Source: a virus (Duplodnaviria; Caudoviricetes). Taken from it: a stretch of 46,665 nucleotides of DNA. The translations under genes and the position numbers were made by a program. The stretch lies in the IMG/VR virus record IMGVR_UViG_3300026196_000010, positions 1-46,665 of that record; one strand, written 5' to 3'. Below the pieces are notes generated by a model, which saw only the letters and a list, made by a program, of their open reading frames with translations, was not told where the DNA came from and did no database searches. Of this stretch, positions 46,107 through 46,665 are shown piece by piece (the stretch's first letter is position 1; the number at the start of each line of letters is the position of its first letter).

Positions 46107-46125
46107 ATTAAGAATGAAACTAAAT
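46107..46125 (-). promoter_or_regulatory. 19-bp promoter box, copy I
   Basis: ATTAAGAATGAAACTAAAT; 11-nt spacer, then TAAATTTA. Confidence 0.8.
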
Positions 46126-46665
46126 TAGTTAACCCGCCTGATCCCTCTTCGCACCATCTCGACCTCCATGAGGCAGTAACGTATCTCATCCAGGAAATGA
46201 TTGAAAGCATCAATAGGTACGCCGGCTTTCTTATCATGCCATTGATAGTTTCTTAGCTCCCTCTCCACATTCTTAGAGTCCTCAGTGATTATAATCTCAT
46301 AGCCCTGCATCTTTTTAAGCCAGTCTGTGACCGTTTCACGCTTGCTGATACCGTGTATATTGAAATCAGATTTAAGGTCTGTAATGAGCCTCTTTTCAGC
46401 CGAATCAGCTATTATCAGATTGCGCTTGTTGACGTGCTTTTTCAATCTATCGCGTAACTGGAAGAACGTCTGGTTAGTCTCCATGAACAGCTCGCGAACA
46501 TATATCTTCTTATGCTTTACATCAATAGCGTTCTCTGAAAAAGCGTCCGGATCGGGATGAAAGCCAAAGTCCAGTCCATATATCTTAGGTAGTGATTCAT
46601 CGAACTCACCGAACCGCCAATTACTAAATACAGCACCCTCAAGTTTGCCCAACTCACCCTGTCCA
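46125..46665 (-). CDS. terL: Terminase large subunit, C-terminal nuclease part
   Basis: [39 protein letters not shown]. Confidence 0.93.
   Translation of the reverse strand, partial: GQGELGKLEGAVFSNWRFGEFDESLPKIYGLDFGFHPDPDAFSENAIDVKHKKIYVRELFMETNQTFFQLRDRLKKHVNKRNLIIADSAEKRLITDLKSDFNIHGISKRETVTDWLKKMQGYEIIITEDSKNVERELRNYQWHDKKAGVPIDAFNHFLDEIRYCLMEVEMVRRGIRRVN
46501..46665. repeat. Terminal direct repeat, right copy
   Basis: 164/165 identical to bases 1-165. Confidence 0.97.

Noticed and set aside
2017-46560. All plus-strand ORFs in the track (e.g. 3794, 20619, 34513, 43711)
   Set aside because: Antisense shadows of well-supported minus-strand genes, with no recognisable motifs
46501-46665. 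Biological terminal repeat (T7-like DTR)
   Set aside because: It falls mid-terL and the terminase type suggests headful packaging, so an assembly overlap of a circular contig is more likely
1-46665. Stop-codon reassignment or tRNA genes
   Set aside because: Standard-code ORFs are long and densely packed, and I recognised no tRNA-like sequence by eye; tRNAscan would confirm

Overview
The window is a complete, circularly permuted genome of about 46.5 kb from a tailed dsDNA (siphovirus-like) phage. Bases 1-165 repeat as 46501-46665 with one synonymous mismatch, and essentially all real genes lie on the minus strand. A Bacteroidota host is inferred from TAnnTTTG-type -7 promoter elements, A-rich leaders without Shine-Dalgarno sites and a Fib_succ_major lipoprotein. 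Modules: P22 gp3-like TerS and PBSX-type TerL (spanning the ends); a glycosyltransferase/sulfotransferase accessory block; tail-tube-like protein, portal, scaffold and capsid; head-tail genes, a frameshifted tail chaperone, tape measure, tail tip and fibre; GH108 lysis; and a DUF4373-like initiator, DnaB, SNF2 helicase and DNA methyltransferase. I saw no integrase, tRNA or reverse transcriptase. The stand-out is a self-contained cassette after the capsid gene (32640-34210). It encodes a lone Cas7/RAMP-like protein and a partner ORF, interleaved with three non-coding (GGC-NN)11-13 arrays that share leaders and trailers. This is a candidate RNA-guided system without CRISPR spacers, and it resembles what I recall as VIPR systems. 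Other points: a 19-bp Fur-box-like element at fixed spacing in nine promoters, a candidate -1 frameshift with pseudoknot in a lysis-region gene, a duplicated tail-tube gene broken at the junction with a carbohydrate-binding-like domain, and shared boundary repeats among small accessory genes. All family assignments come from motif recognition, not database searches.
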